From: Perkinsus chesapeaki ATCC PRA-425
Lineage: Eukaryota > Protista > Perkinsozoa
Length of the DNA: 37,118 bases
NCBI GenBank assembly: GCA_013115145.1
Contig: JAAPAO010000352.1
Coordinates: 1-37,118, forward strand
Direction of reading: 5' to 3'
A model generated the notes under the pieces. That model had not been told where the DNA came from and searched no databases. It worked only from the letters and a program-made list of their open reading frames with translations. Every line of letters starts with the position of its first letter. Within the stretch, counting starts at the first letter, position 1. Position numbers and translations under genes: made by a program. Positions 36,643-37,118 of this stretch are shown here, piece by piece.

Positions 36643-37118
36643 AAACGATGAACCATGATAGCGGCATAATTGCCAACGCTGATCACACTTATCCGGATAA
36701 GGCGTTTACATCCGACAACAAGCGTACCAGTAGCACTTATTTGCATGAAGCTAAATTAGAACGCGATGTGGGTACTTAACCGGGAAGCACTGACGGTAAG
36801 ACACCGTGGGAAGAGCCACCACTGAATGTATAAGATAGTCTTATTGGGGAAAATTCGCAGAGCTGAAGGGAAAATCTGCAATGCGTTTGTTGTGACCAAA
36901 ATTGCTGAATGTGATGCGTAATGTACAAGGGAATTTGGTTCCCACAGCTAGTTCATGAGCCGCTATACGTTACTATCACAATATTGTTCTAGCTCTCGCA
37001 TCTTCACATCAAGTGAAGCCTCCCTTCATGCTTTCCCATTAGCGATGCTGTTCCGTAGAACTGTAACCAACTCAAACGCGCAAAGCAATAAACCAGATAC
37101 TTGTCCTTTGAGGCCTGC

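Overview
Eukaryotic, intron-rich genomic DNA with many short (about 40-70 nt) GT-AG introns and very compact gene spacing. This style is most consistent with an alveolate such as Perkinsus (inference). Genes in order: papain-family cysteine protease (-) with an inverted decayed paralog, intronless Mei2-like RRM protein (+), eRF3 (-), HSL-type alpha/beta hydrolase (-), eIF4G with an N-terminal PAM2 motif (-), Skp1 (+), decayed ORF or mobile-element debris, COX19, BolA and a hypothetical gene (+), and a long spliced gene fusing a Peptidase_S74/ICA (phage tailspike chaperone / MYRF-type) domain through coiled coil to an ATAD3 AAA+ ATPase (+). Two near-identical U3-like snoRNA genes are present. 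The most notable observations are the S74-ATAD3 fusion with a Ser-to-Gly change at the autocleavage site, an intron made of a tRNA-like sequence, three eRF3 introns sharing an LSU-rRNA-like 17-22-mer, a recurrent intronic 12-mer, and two duplicated 137-nt candidate first exons. Exon structures were traced by eye and family calls come from recalled motifs, not database searches.
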